A stretch of 63,311 bases of DNA, counting the filler, from Octopus bimaculoides (Eukaryota): assembly GCF_001194135.2 (NCBI RefSeq). It is 5 parts of 5 records of this genome, joined end to end, with 100 filler letters (N's around TTAATTAATTAA, not from the genome) between each part and the next. Parts side by side here need not be neighbours in the genome. Positions count along the whole stretch, not along the records: positions 1 to 5,335 come from NC_068981.1; positions 5,436 to 33,080 come from NC_068998.1; 3 more parts are not named here. One strand, written 5' to 3'. Shown piece by piece: positions 1 through 12,852 of this stretch; position 1 is the first letter of the stretch; every line of letters starts with the position of its first letter. The notes under the pieces were generated by a model. The model was not told the DNA's origin and ran no database searches. It worked only from the letters and a program-made list of their open reading frames with translations. Made by a program: the position numbers and the translations under genes.

Positions 1-11
1 ATATATATATT

Positions 12-352
12 AGGAGCACTCTCCGTCGGTTACGACGACGAACGTCCCAGCTGATAGATCAATGGAACACCTTGCTCGTGAAATTAACTTGCAAGTGGCT
101 GAGCACTCCACAGACACTTGTACCCTTAAAGTAGTTCTCAGGGAGATTCAGCGTGACACAGAGTGTTTCAAGGCTGGCCCTTTGAATACAGGTACTACTC
201 ATTTTCGCCTGCTGAATGGACTGGAGCTACGTGAAATAAAGTGTCTTGCTCAAGGACACAACGCATTGCCGGGAATTGAACCCACGACCTTACGATCGTG
301 AGCCAAATTGAACTCACGATCTTACGATCGTGAGCCGAATGCCTTAACCACT
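12..352 (-). mobile_element. tRNA-derived SINE, family A 3' module with head type 2
   Basis: Reverse complement of the GAGCAGGCTGTTCCGTTGATC...CGTCGTCGTAACCGACGGAGTGC tail seen at 13.8, 22.6, 46.4 and 51.5 kb. tRNA-like head (TAGTGGTTAAGG...GTTCAATTCCC) with a short internal duplication of CACGA(C/T)CTTACGATCGTGAGCC. Confidence 0.85.
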
Positions 353-363
353 ANNNNNNNNNN

Positions 364-405
<42 letters not shown>

Positions 406-1139
406 ATATCTATTTACATACAATATGCATATAATGACATATAATAATACATTCTTATTAACACGAAGTCTGTGGTCGCTTGCTAAGAATACACATGTAT
501 GTAATTACAGATCATATGAAAGCCATAGACCGGTTTTTAAAACTTTTATTTTAAGCAGTTAAGTTACTTGAAGACAGATAAGGTTGTATCGGAATGTTTT
601 ATAAACGAGTATTTGAAAATCTTCTGAAACATTAAATAATACATACATAGCATGGTTGAACGTATCATTAGCAAATGAATAGCTATGGACACGAGTGTGG
701 GTATCCAATGTGTGTGTAGATGTGGTGTGTTTGTTTGTGGATGTTACGAATACTTAAAAGTGTGTCGCTACTTCATTATTTATTTACAACTAAAACCACC
801 GAGTTTGTTTTTTATTTCAATTCACCATAGACATTCTATATTTTGAGAATTGTGCAGAAGCGAAATCGTTCTTCATCTTTTTCGTACATTCCTGTCGAGA
901 GGAATGGCTGCCTTCATGGTTTCCCATATCTTTACAAATAGATCACAACCTACACAAGAGAGTAAGTGAGACAGAGAGAGAGAAAGAGAGAGAGAAGGAG
1001 AGAGATAAAGTAAGAAAGAGCGAGAAAGAGAGAGAAAGTAAGAAAGAGCGAGAAAGAGAGAGAAAGTAAGAAAGAGCGAGAAAGAGAGAGAAAGAGGAAG
1101 AAAACAAACAGGAAGAATGAGGAAAGAAAAATGGGAATC

Positions 1140-1270
1140 AGTACACTACTGTAACTTTATCTACCCCGGAAAGGTGTAGGTCAAAGGTGACATCGGTTGG
1201 ATTTGAACTCAGAGTACAGAGAGTAGGAACGACTATTGTAGAGTATTTCTTTTGACGCTCGAACGACCCT
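1140..1270 (-). mobile_element. SINE family B, degenerate copy
   Basis: Similar to the reverse complement of the family B core (CTGAGTTCAAATTCC...GCCTTTCATCCTTTCGGGGTCGATAAA) found many times in the window. Confidence 0.6.
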
Positions 1271-1355
1271 GGCAATTCGACTTTTAGATTAGATTACATC
1301 GTTGCCTTATTTACTTCTCCAAACTAAGTTACTATAAAGTACCAAAGTGTACATA

Positions 1356-1737
1356 GGCGTAGGCATGGCAGTAGAGTTAAAAAGGTCGCTTTACAACAAC
1401 GTGTTTTCATGTCAGTCCCACCGCGCGGCGCCTTGGGCGAGTGTCTTCTACTATAGCTCCGGGACAACCAATGTCTTGGGATTTAACTTGGTAAGCGGGA
1501 ACTGTATGGAAGCCCGTCGTATATATGTTTACATATATGTGTGACTTTGTGTGTTTTTGTGTTTGTGTTTTTCACCTCGAATCGCTTGACAAGTGATGTT
1601 GGTTTGTTTGCTTCTCTGTAACTTAGTGATTCAGAAAAAAACAGACAGATAATATAAGTACCAGACTTAAAAAAGAATACACAATACTAAAATCTATCAA
1701 GGCATTGCCCCAGCATGACCGCAACCCACTGACTGTC
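1356..1737 (+). mobile_element. SINE family C (CORE-like), degenerate
   Basis: GGCGCCTTGGGCGAGTGTCTTCTACTATAGC core, internal (TG)n, and CCAGCATGACCGCA tail shared with copies at 43.8, 45.4 and 54.6 kb. Confidence 0.75.
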
Positions 1738-2699
1738 ACATATNNNNNNNNNNNNNNNNNNNNNNNNNNNNNNNNNNNNNNNNNNNNNNNNNNNNNNNNN
1801 NNNNNNNNNNNNNNNNNNNNNNNNNNNNNNNNNNNNNNNNNNNNNNNNNNNNNNNNNNNNNNNNNNNNNNNNNNNNNNNNNNNNNNNNNNNNNNNNNNNN
1901 NNNNNNNNNNNNNNNNNNNNNNNNNNNNNNNNNNNNNNNNNNNNNNNNNNNNNNNCCTGTAGGGTGAGAGACTGCTGTTTCGCGCAGAGAGGATAATTAA
2001 GCCAGATACTTCGAAATATGTAATACTTAAATTTAGGTTTTAGTTGAAACTGGTAGAGGAGTAGTTGAAACTGGTAGAGGAGCAGTAACTAATCAGAGAT
2101 GAGGAATGTTTTGGCTTGCAAGCGAAAGACTGGTGTTTGAGATGAAGTTGTAGCAGATATATATATATATATATATGAAGGTGGCATGAAAACTCGTAAG
2201 TGATTTTGTGACGAACTGAAATGACTGAAAATTTTAGTCATGTATTCAATAAGCATGGTAAGACAGTTTCCTTAATGTGTAGTGATTGCCATCTTGGAAC
2301 TTTTGTAGAAAACTAAGTTGTCATGTCTTATTTGGAGGATATTTTCAAACTCTATGGAAGTAGCGCAAGTTTGACATAAAGTACCTTTGTTACATTTAAG
2401 TAATGATACTTGACAAAGAACGAAGTCATGAAATAAGGAAGGCAATTAATGTTCAGTGAAAACTGAAGCATTTAAATCTGAACAAGTGTTTAAAGATAGA
2501 TAATACTCAAAACTGCCAAGTCTGTTTTATACGTTTCTGCAAGTAACATAAAATGTTCTTAGTAGAACTGCATAAACTATACAGAAGCGTTGCATACACT
2601 ATGCATTAAAATTCTATAAAATAGAAACATTACAGAAATGTTATTTGGATAGAGTTGTCAGATGAATTCGCTCGATGTTTTTCATTTATTTTCATCCTT

Positions 2700-3023
2700 G
2701 TTCTGAGCGTGTGACACTCATGCACCGAGTTTTTGGCCCTTGATCATCGAATAAAGGTGACAGAAGATGGTATCACGCGAGTATACCATCCTAGTGGGTT
2801 TGCGCTGATCCCCGTGGAAGAGTTGGTTTAATCGATCCTCGTTGAAATCAACAAGCTGGCTGGAACGCGAAGAGTCTGTGACATCGAATTTCCTTTCAGC
2901 AATAACGATTTCTTCTTACGTAGCACAAATGCCCTGAGCGGTTTTGGCAGCTTCGGAACCTTTAATGAAAGCGAAGAGAAGCTGGTGGCGAAAATGATAA
3001 TTTTTTTATACTTGGAACTCCAA
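2700..3023 (-). mobile_element. Mariner transposase relic (N-terminal HTH region up to the WVPH motif)
   Basis: Minus strand translates to (L)EFQV*...HFRHQLLFAFIKGSEAAKTAQGICAT*EE...NEDRLNQLFHGDQRKPTR...KLGA*VSHA, matching mariner MExxxxHFRH.LLF.F.KG and the decayed KLxxWVPH motif; contains stops and deletions. Confidence 0.8.
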
Positions 3024-3028
3024 TGTTA

Positions 3029-3293
3029 TATCTTTTATCTTTCACTTGCTTCAGTCTTTGAACTGCGACCATTTTTAGGTAATAGTATTTATCCCATTAG
3101 CCTTTTTTTCTGCCGAACCACATAGCTACAGGCACGTAAACAAGCAAACGCCGTCTACCAATTCCATTCACAAGGCTTTGTTCGACCCGGGGTTATACTG
3201 GAAGAGGCATGCCGAAGGTGCCTTGCTGCGTTGTGGGACTGAACCCAAGACCATATGGTTGGGAACCAAGATTCCAACCGCAAATACCTCAGT
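3029..3293 (-). mobile_element. SINE family C, degenerate
   Basis: Reverse complement of the family C head, core and tail (GTGGGACTGAACCCAAGACCATATGGTTGG; CACAAGGCTTTGTTCGACCCGGGG). Confidence 0.7.
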
Positions 3294-3336
3294 TTATGTT
3301 TGAAAAAAAAGAAAAAAAATTATTCAAATTTAAAAT

Positions 3337-3338
<2 letters not shown>

Positions 3339-3410
<72 letters not shown>

Positions 3411-3420
3411 GTCTGTCTGT
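3339..3420. repeat. (TATC)n microsatellite
   Basis: Direct tetranucleotide run. Confidence 0.95.
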
Positions 3421-4218
3421 CTATAGCTGGCCAGCTAGATACATAGATATATATGTAATATGTATACATATACATACGACAGGTTTCCACACAGTTTTCG
3501 CTTGCCAAGTTAACTCGCAAGGTATTGTTCTGTCTTCAATAGAAGACACATACGCAAGGTTCCACGCATTGATGCTGAACTCGAATCCGCTTAGTTGCAA
3601 AACGAACTTATTAAACACCCGACCATGCCTGTACTTTGAGAAGCTGAATTTTGTAGAATAAAATGCAAGCTCGTTAGTCTTAGTGTAAAATTCTCTCTTA
3701 CAATGCATAACAGCCGAGACTTCCGTTCTGAAGACATATACTTTCCCGTATTAATTTTTAATTATTCATTATGATTAATTATTATCCACTCTATAGTGGG
3801 TTCATTTTGAAACGAGGGGCAAAATAATTATAGTTTAATGATATCAGGCATGCTGGTTTGTATAAGTTATTTAAATCATGTCTTTAAGAGAATAGATATA
3901 AAAAAATGATAGAGCAAAGAAATACACGATAAAAATTATATGCACACAGGCACAGGTGTGACTATTTCATAAGAAGTTTGCTTCCCGATCAAATGGTTTC
4001 GTGTTTTCTTACCTCAGTCGTATAGTCGTTATTTTCTATGACGGCCCCTGGTTAGTGTTCATACCACTTTTCTGTTGTTTTGAACCCACACACTCCGTTA
4101 ATATCCCAATGCATTATTTTGCCAACACAGTCATGTTTACATTTATACTCCTTTCGTAGTAGCATACTGCACTCACTAAAAATGTGATTGATGCGCTCGT
4201 ATCCTTTCCTGCAGATTT

Positions 4219-4282
<64 letters not shown>

Positions 4283-4305
4283 GCTACTATTACTACTACT
4301 ACTAC
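4219..4305. repeat. (TAC)n microsatellite
   Basis: Direct trinucleotide run. Confidence 0.95.
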
Positions 4306-4900
4306 CGAATTATAGAAATCAAAATTTATCAGTTTGGAAAAAATATTGATGTGAGAAATTATTATTGTGCATTTAATTCAGTTTCGAATTTTGTGATTCT
4401 AAAACGTATCTGATAAAGCTGGTTTATGTTCTGTTGATGTGTTTGAGTTACAGTAGGGATACTTTTAAGCTACTATTTTGCAACAATTTATAATTGACGC
4501 AGTTATTTTACAATAATTTTAATCATTACGTTTATGACGGCTAATTAAAAATTTACTGTAAAAAAATAATTTAGGTAAAAAAAAATAAACGCACGTTGAT
4601 GATATGTTAAAAGTTTGCTGAACAAATAAGTGATAGCTAAGTTCGTACTACTGATATAGTTGTCACTGATACAAGGAGATAGACTGTAGAATTTGATTAA
4701 TTATTGATTGTGATTAAATACTTGGTAACAGAAAGCAGATGTTTTGTATATAGATTTTACAAGATTTAATTTGTAAGTTTGTGTTTCAAAATATTTACCA
4801 AAGCTATTAGCGGGTACAGTATTTTGAAATTAACGTTTCTATAATACAAATAAAGGAACAGAAGGAGAGATGTATGCACACATACATACATACATACATA

Positions 4901-5295
4901 TGGTATCAAAATGTTCCCCGGACAAGTTCTGTGGCGCATCAACAGACTGCATCACACGGTTGTGTCTGCAGTGAGAGCTAATAGTAACCTTCATGAGGAA
5001 ATGTGCTGAGTGATATCGTTGTGTTTACATCTCAAGTTGTGAATTTCTTTTTGTGTGTGTATGTTGTAGTCTGCGATGTTTGTCATTGACAGAAAGTTGG
5101 AACAAAAAGCCGACGTGAAATATCTGCGTTAAACTCGGGAAGTCTTCTACAGAGACATTGAACATGAGTGGCACGTGCGTTACGAAAGCGGAAGAACGTC
5201 CCTGGAAGACGATGAGCGATCTGGAAGACCTTCCACGAGCGTCACTTCCGGAAATGTGGAGAAAATACATCAGCTTATGTATGAGGATCGTCGGA
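4901..5295 (+). mobile_element. Mariner element 5' part with internally deleted transposase start
   Basis: TIR-like TGGTATCAAAATGTTCCCCGGA, then ATG at 5076: MFVIDRKLEQKADVK..CVKLGKSSTETLNM / EWHVRYESGRTSLEDDERSGRPSTSVTSGNVEKIHQLMYEDRR (mariner HTH2 LEDDERSGRP motif). Frameshifted and cut by the scaffold end. Confidence 0.88.
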
Positions 5296-5335
5296 AAAGA
5301 TTTGTTTTAAAGCGTTTGAGGAGGACATTTAGCGA

Positions 5336-5435
5336 NNNNNNNNNNNNNNNNNNNNNNNNNNNNNNNNNNNNNNNNNNNNTTAATTAATTAANNNNNNNNN
5401 NNNNNNNNNNNNNNNNNNNNNNNNNNNNNNNNNNN
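5336..5435. other. Artificial scaffold-concatenation spacer
   Basis: Exactly 44 N + TTAATTAATTAA + 44 N; identical at four places in the window. Confidence 0.95.
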
Positions 5436-5482
5436 CGGAATGTTGGGCCTCCAATCAGGCTTTTGGTGGTGATTCCAAAGCC

Positions 5483-5512
5483 AGGAACTTTTCAGCATCC
5501 ACTTGTAATTTA
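5483..5512. mobile_element. Possible mariner-type right terminal inverted repeat
   Basis: AAAGCCAGGAACTTTTCAGCATCCACTTGTA; its reverse complement TACAAGTGGATGCTGAAAAGTTCCTGG resembles mariner TIR composition and ends in TA. Confidence 0.4.
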
Positions 5513-6225
5513 TGTGTGTAGTTGAAAAGCCAGAAGCTGGAGTTTTCGTTCAAGAAATATCATTATAGAGGCATTGTGTTAAAAAAAAAAAAAAGAAGCA
5601 ATATACTCCGGAGCTAGGCGAAACGAAATCACTACAGAAGTGACCGTGAGAGTGACTGAGATGCATTTCGCCGTTGTTGCAGCTTATGAAGTAGCTTGCG
5701 TTGTAACACATTATGAACCCCAATCTAAGTTGAGGCACCGTGTTATTTAGATTACGACAGACGCGAGGTTCAATTTCAGCAGCTCTTCTGTGCACACTAT
5801 TTTTCTTTGATTTCAATTCATGTTACCAATGTGTTTAATTAAAATACATATTTATTTTATTATAGTTTACCTTATAATCTACTCTTAAAAGTATGGAAAA
5901 GAAAATTGTTTCAATCATGACATGAAGAATTCCGGAGATAAAAAAAAAAACTATCTTAAATGAGAAATAATATTACAAAACAATGGAATAATTTCTCTAC
6001 GGTGTAGAGTAATGAACAACGAAATATTGAGAATACTCGCGTGAGAGACGAGATAGATTAAGATTAAGATTAAAGATAAAATACCAGACGAGAATAAGTA
6101 CCGACGGTGAATCGCTATGTTCGATTAAAACCTCTTAAAAGATGTCTTAAAAGATGTGCTCTAGTATGGCCGCAGTCAAACGGCAGAAAACAATGAAAAA
6201 CTCGTACATTATCCTCCTCCTCCTC

Positions 6226-6270
<45 letters not shown>

Positions 6271-6663
6271 TCTTGTTCTCATTGGTGTTTTCTTTCTGTC
6301 CATTTATATCTCTTCCATATCTCCTACCGAGTTTCTAATTCCTCTTCAGCGCTTTCTCTCCCTCATTTTACTATCTCTCTCTCAATTTTCTCTCTCACTA
6401 TCTCTCTCCTTCTCCCCCTCTCTCTCTCTCTCCCTTTTCATTGTTGTTCTCCTTCTGTTCATATCCATATCTACAACCGAGTTTCTAAAGCCTTCACAAC
6501 GCTCTCCCCTTTACCTATCTCTCTCTCTCTTTACCTCTCCCACTCTCTCTCTCTACTTCTCTCTATATACCCCTCTCTCCCTCTCTCTCATCCAGTCTAT
6601 TACCTTATCTCCATTATTAAAATAATTACGTTCTCCAACCCCCCACTTTATTCTTGTCTGTCT

Positions 6664-6696
<33 letters not shown>

Positions 6697-6896
6697 TTTA
6701 TGAATGTCTTTTCTTTTGTTTTTGTTTATTGTTTTAGCATTTTGAGTGACGTCGTGGATTCAATATTGGATTAGGGCGATGGAGAGGTTAAGTCTAAGGG
6801 GAGATAACAAGCAAGAAGGATGTACCATAAGATAGCCGACACAGTTAATCATTTATAGATAGCGAATGGAATAGAACGCAGGCAGAACAGGCGGTA

Positions 6897-8170
6897 GTGT
6901 CGGTCGTGGTTATGATAGTTGTGGTGGTAGTGGTATTGGTGGTGGTGGTGGTGGTGGTATTGGTGGTAGTAGTGGCAGGGATGGTTGTGATGGTAGGATT
7001 AATGATGACGTTGTATTGGTTATGTAGTGATGATGGTGGAGGTGATGTTGGTGTAGCGGTAATAATAGTAGTAGTTGTGGTAGTGGTGGTGGTGATTGTA
7101 CTGGTAGTGTAGATGGTAGCTGTAGTGGTTGTGGTGGTGGTGGTGGTGGTAACTGTGGTCTTTCGTGTAGATATATAAAGTTTATATACTTAGGATCTCG
7201 AAAACGAATGGCGCAGGTTCGATTCACTGATATGCAACGTTTATTTATTTATTTATTTTTTTATTTTTCACATTTACCATTCTACATATATAAGAACAAG
7301 AACAATTACTATCCTTAAATCACCACCACCACCACCGCCAGCACCATCACATCCCCAGCATTACCGCCGCCAGCACCACCACTACTAGCACCACCACCAC
7401 CACCACCAGCAACATCACCACCGCCATCTCCATCCCCAACATCACCGCTGCCACCTCCAGCACCACCACCACCACCACCGCCNNNNNNNNNNNNNNNNNN
7501 NNNNNNNNNNNNNNNNNNNNNNNNNNNNNNNNNNNNNNNNNNNNNNNNNNNNNNNNNNNNNNNNNNNNNNNNNNNNNNNNNNNNNNNNNNNNNNNNNNNN
7601 NNNNNNNNNNNNNNNNNNNNNNNNNNNNNNNNNNNNNNNNNNNNNNNNNNNNNNNNNNNNNNNNNNNNNNNNNNNNNNNNNNNNNNNNNNNNNNNNNNNN
7701 NNNNNNNNNNNNNNNNNNNNNNNNNNNNNNNNNNNNNNNNNNNNNNNNNNNNNNNNNNNNNNNNNNNNNNNNNNNNNNNNNNNNNNNNNNNNNNNNNNNN
7801 NNNNNNNNNNNNNNNNNNNNNNNNNNNNNNNNNNNNNNNNNNNNNNNNNNNNNNNNNNNNNNNNNNNNNNNNNNNNNNNNNNNNNNNNNNNNNNNNNNNN
7901 NNNNNNNNNNNNNNNNNNNNNNNNNNNNNNNNNNNNNNNNNNNNNNNNNNNNNNNNNNNNATTAAAATCACTAGCAGCTCCACCACCGTCAGCGCCGTCA
8001 TCATCACCACTATCAGCATCGCCATGATCACCGCCACTAACAACAACAGTACTATTAGCATCAACACCAGCAAAATGAGAAGCAACACCAACAACATCAT
8101 CACCAGCATCACAATCAACCTCATCATCAACAACAACAACAACAACAACGATATCTTCTACGATTATAAT
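6897..8170. repeat. Degenerate (GGT/CCA/CAA)n trinucleotide low-complexity blocks around a gap
   Basis: GGT-rich tract 6897-7150 and CCA/CAA-rich tracts 7320-7482 and 7961-8160. Confidence 0.85.
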
Positions 8171-9275
8171 AACATAATTAAAATAGAATTGCAAATGTAA
8201 CAAGGAAAATAAGAAGAAAAACAGTCGTAATAACATCTACAACAATCTCCGATACGGAAGTAAATACTACATACTACCACTGCCACTGCGCTCACTTCCA
8301 CTACAACAACAACAACAACAACAACAACGTTAACAATAACAACATTATCAACCACAAATGAAAAGCGGGGAGGGTACGTTAATCCCTTAAGTAGCGATAT
8401 AAATGTCGCCATATTGAAAGCTAGTGGGGAAGACGTTGGTTTTTGATGAACGGAGATAAGTAGTTTTATCAGTCGTGTCTTATAATTATTTACCAAATTT
8501 GATTCCTGGCAGCAATATCAGTGAGCCTTCAGTTGAAGAATGAAATATTTGTGTCCAAATACTTGGGAAAGGGAATTGGTTTTGAGAGTATATTCTATCC
8601 AAAGGTCATACATATATGTGTGTGTATGTGTGTGTGTTTGCTTATAAATATATATATATATATAAGATGCAATGGATAAATTGTCATCATATTATAGCTT
8701 TAATTTCGCGCATGCGCATTGTTTGGTTTTGATTTTGTTGATTACGCACTATTGTAGGGTTAGTCGGGCACCGTCTTTGAGAAAAACAGCACCATGACGT
8801 AATTCACTCTGCCAGAAATTTGGAAACGACATATCCAATTTTTTTTACCCTACTGTTTTAATTTAATTAACCATAACCACGTTCTCAAAGTTGGTATATT
8901 CGATGCAGAAACCATTTTCTGCAGAGATATTTCCGGATTTAGCGCGCAAAAGCGAAGACTTTTGAATCTTACCACAAATATAATTGACAGAACCGTGTAC
9001 ACGTGCTTCGATCGTGAGGAACAACTAGTGTACGATTCTGAGAATTATATTTATTTAGAGGTCTGTACTGATGAGAAACAGATATTTTCGGTAACAAAAT
9101 TTTAATTTCGAAACTAGTTTGCGGATAACTATGTATATATTTATGTAATTTTCACTTGTCTTGCCCGTATACGTTTTGTTACTTCGCTAAATTTCTTTTG
9201 AGAACAATTCGGTCTTAATAGACACATTACATGTGATCTTCTTCTAGCACATTAACAGTCCACCTAGTGGTCTCC

Positions 9276-9315
<40 letters not shown>

Positions 9316-9567
9316 TGTATGTACGTATATTCACACGTACATGTGCATGCTTTTTTGTGTGCATATGCATGCGTGTGTATGTATGTGTGTATGCGTATAT
9401 CTCATTTTAAATTATTGTAGTTGTGACGTGGAGCGGGGTGGGGCGGGGGCTTTTACCAAAGTGGGGATAGTAAGGAGAAAATAAGCGGTAATACACTCAT
9501 GTATGGGTGTGTGTATATGCGCATGTACGTGTGTACGTGTTTGTGCATGAATGTATGTATATATATA

Positions 9568-9602
<35 letters not shown>

Positions 9603-10345
9603 TTATATATATATGTATATGTATATATGTATGTATGTATGTATGTGTTAATATATGACTATGCTAACGTCGATGTGTCTATATGTGTGCATATGCGCTT
9701 AAGTCAGCTGTGACAAAGTGCTAAGTCATTTCTATAATCTAATAAAGATTAACCAAAGGAATTAAGTGATGACTAACAACAATTGGACAGAATTTACTTC
9801 CTTGCTAATGGAACAGTTTTCAGCATCTATCGATGATCATTATTGATCTTCTCAATAGACACCATTGATCTGTTGGTCAACATGACAGCGTTGTTAGNNN
9901 NNNNNNNNNNNNNNNNNNNNNNNNNNNNNNNNNNNNNNNNNNNNNNNNNNNNNNNNNNNNNNNNNNNNNNNNNNNNNNNNNNNNNNNNNNNNNNNNNNNN
10001 NNNNNNNNNNNNNNNNNNNNNNNNNNNNNNNNNNNNNNNNNNNNNNNNNNNNNNNNNNNNNNNNNNNNNNNNNNNNNNNNNNNNNNNNNNNNNNNNNNNN
10101 NNNNNNNNNNNNNNNNNNNNNNNNNNNNNNNNNNNNNNNNNNNNNNNNNNNNNNNNNNNNNNNNNNNNNNNNNNNNNNNNNNNNNNNNNNNNNNNNNNNN
10201 NNNNNNNNNNNNNNNNNNNNNNNNNNNNNNNNNNNNNNNNNNNNNNNNNNNNNNNNNNNNNNNNNNNNNNNNNNNNNNNNNNNNNNNNNNNNNNNNNNNN
10301 NNNNNNNNNNNNNNNNNNNNNNNNNNNNNNNNNNNNNNNNNNNNN

Positions 10346-10431
10346 TAATAATGATAATAGTAATAATAATGATAATGATAATAATAATAATAATTATAAT
10401 AATAATGATAATGATAATGATAATGGTAATA

Positions 10432-10462
<31 letters not shown>

Positions 10463-10563
10463 TGATAATAATAATGATAATAATAATGATAATAATAATA
10501 ATAATGATAATAATAATAATGATAATAATGATAATAATAATGATAATAATAATAATGATAATA

Positions 10564-10598
<35 letters not shown>

Positions 10599-10930
10599 GA
10601 TAATAATAATAATGATAATGATAATAATGATAATAATAATAATGATAATGATAATAATAATGATAATAATAATAATGATGCACTGCTCTCTCACCCAATA
10701 ATAATAATAATAATAATAATAACAGAGATGTTCACAACAACAACAACAACAACATACTTTTGTTACCACATGAGCAAGAACATGGACAACAACAACGGCC
10801 ACAAGAACAATAGGTGAAACAACAGCAGCTGCAACAGCAACAACAACAACAACAACAGTAGCAACAAAACCATGAAGAAACACAGTAAGAAGAGTAACAA
10901 GAATAGAAGCAGCATGAGCAGCGGCAGCAG
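10346..10930. repeat. (AAT/GAT)n array followed by (CAA/CAG)n low complexity
   Basis: Direct trinucleotide runs; source of the poly-N/D/I ORF artefacts. Confidence 0.92.
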
Positions 10931-12852
10931 CAACAAGATGAACAGCTTTCCGTGTTGTCGGAAAACAGACTTCTTACCACGCGGCCCCGCGGCCACACCT
11001 TCACCTGTCCTCACTATAGATAAGGAGAGGCACGAAAACCGAATTGAAGATAGCAAGTTAGGCTTTTGGGGTTTCTCTTTTTATTTTTTAATCAACGTCT
11101 CGTTTTCTGAGGATCGAATGCTAAAGCTGGCATATTATTGTGACAACCCCTGCAATTCTAGCATCCATTTCACTCCCTTACATCCCATCACTCGTGTCTA
11201 CGGCCCTGGCCCTGACATACTTAAACTTCCCCGCTTGTTTCCGTGATGTTCCACTTACATACAGTGACATCATCATTAAAATTCCTTAACAGGTGCAATC
11301 AGTCGTTGAGGTGGCCACTCTAGAGAAGCCCGCCAGATAGACTTCACTCATGATTCAAAGGACTCGCTTACCATACGCTGTACTACATTGATTCTGCCTA
11401 TAAATTATGCTAAAGGCCCACCCTTCTGTTGGAATACTCAAGAGAGAGTAATTCAGGTAATCAAACAATTTAATCTGCATCGCGGAACGACGGAGACCCA
11501 CGGCTACTTGTTTGTTATAATTATCACCATTCCTCTTAGTTTAAAGTTTTTTTTTTATTCTGGACAACTTAGTTATCTTTCACGTTTCTGTGACTCCAAT
11601 CTTTCCCACTTCTGTCCGCTATATTCTTTATCTTTTATAACGAAATATTATTATGTAGCACCACATTTTCAGTTGCTAAGAGAATACAAGCATGGAGAAA
11701 GGGCTTTTAACTCACTCATATCACGAGGAATTAATATGTGGTGATGTGGAATTTCCCTTGTAGAATCTCTTAATCTATGTTTGGATTTAAGAGCGAGGTT
11801 TTATATGATTCTTCGTTACTCAGAGGAGATACTTCGGCTGGTTCTAGATAAGTTTCAATAAACTGTTAATGTTATTTCACAATCTGTTTGCTTCTAGCGA
11901 CAATTTCTTCAGTTCTTATAGCATATACAGCATGTGTGCGTACATATTTCTGTGTTTATAGGAGTTTGTGAGTCTATGCACAATATATTTATGGATGTGA
12001 ACGTTTACATACATCCGCAAATACGCACGCATGTATCTGACTTTATGAGAAAGTGTGCGTGAAGCATGATGGGAAGGAATAAGTTCCTCCCAGGTTTATA
12101 TTTGCAGAAATTTTCTTGAGAATGTCTGCTGCTGCTACTGGAGGAATACACAACTATTTATGTTCATCTATAGATTTATGACTGTGTGGTTAAGAAACTT
12201 TCTTTGTAACTACGTGGTCTCGAGTTCGGTTCCATTGCGTGGCACATTTGGAAAATGTCTTATACTACAGCTATGCACTGTCCAATGACTTTTGACTGAG
12301 TTTATAGATGGAAACTGTGTGAAACCTCCGGCACACGCATACACACGCACGCATATATACGTATATATATATTCTTTTCTTGTTTCCGAAATTTGACGCC
12401 CATCTTATAGCACAGCCTTTAAGGGTATTTTAATCGAAGAAATTGGCCTCAGGACTTAATCTTTGTAAGCCTAGTACTTATTCTATCGGTCTATTTTGCC
12501 GGACAACACAGTTACGGGGATATAAACATACCAACATCAGTTGTCAAGTAATGCTGGTTGGGGACAAACACAAACTCATGCGCATAAATATACTACATAT
12601 ACTATAATTATTTTTGCAAAATTCTTTCTAGAATGGTGTCATGTGATGTTTGACGTCACGTGTGTTCTTACTGGAGCTTTGAAAAGGTGAGGAAATAATC
12701 TGGTGGTGAATTTAACAGTCTTTTAGTTCAGTATTGACGTAGGGTTCAAATTCTACTTTCATTCATCCTGAGCCAATAAAGTGTGAGCCATATAGTAAGG
12801 TCGACTCATCACCTCCCCTTAAACTTGCTGCTAAATGTCTAAATTCGTAGTC

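Noticed and set aside
4901-5512. A single complete mariner running from the left TIR at 4901 to the TIR-like sequence at 5483-5512
   Set aside because: An artificial scaffold spacer lies between them and the two TIR sequences differ.
6323-6352. Minus-strand CTGAAGA-GGAATTA-GAAAC-TCG-GTA hammerhead-like string
   Set aside because: No stem II or stem I complementarity; lies in a CT-rich low-complexity tract.
8707-8717. GCGCATGCGC NRF1-like motif (similar at about 14143) as a promoter mark
   Set aside because: No supporting start site or exon; it sits at the edge of probable repeat-derived sequence.
9069-9085. CTGATGA directly followed by GAAAC
   Set aside because: No stem II and no in-register stem I; expected by chance.
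7315-10883. Long ORFs of 260-330 aa in the track (also 16933-18132, 47179-47836, 53399-54046)
   Set aside because: They consist of N gaps and di- or trinucleotide repeats with no domain signal.
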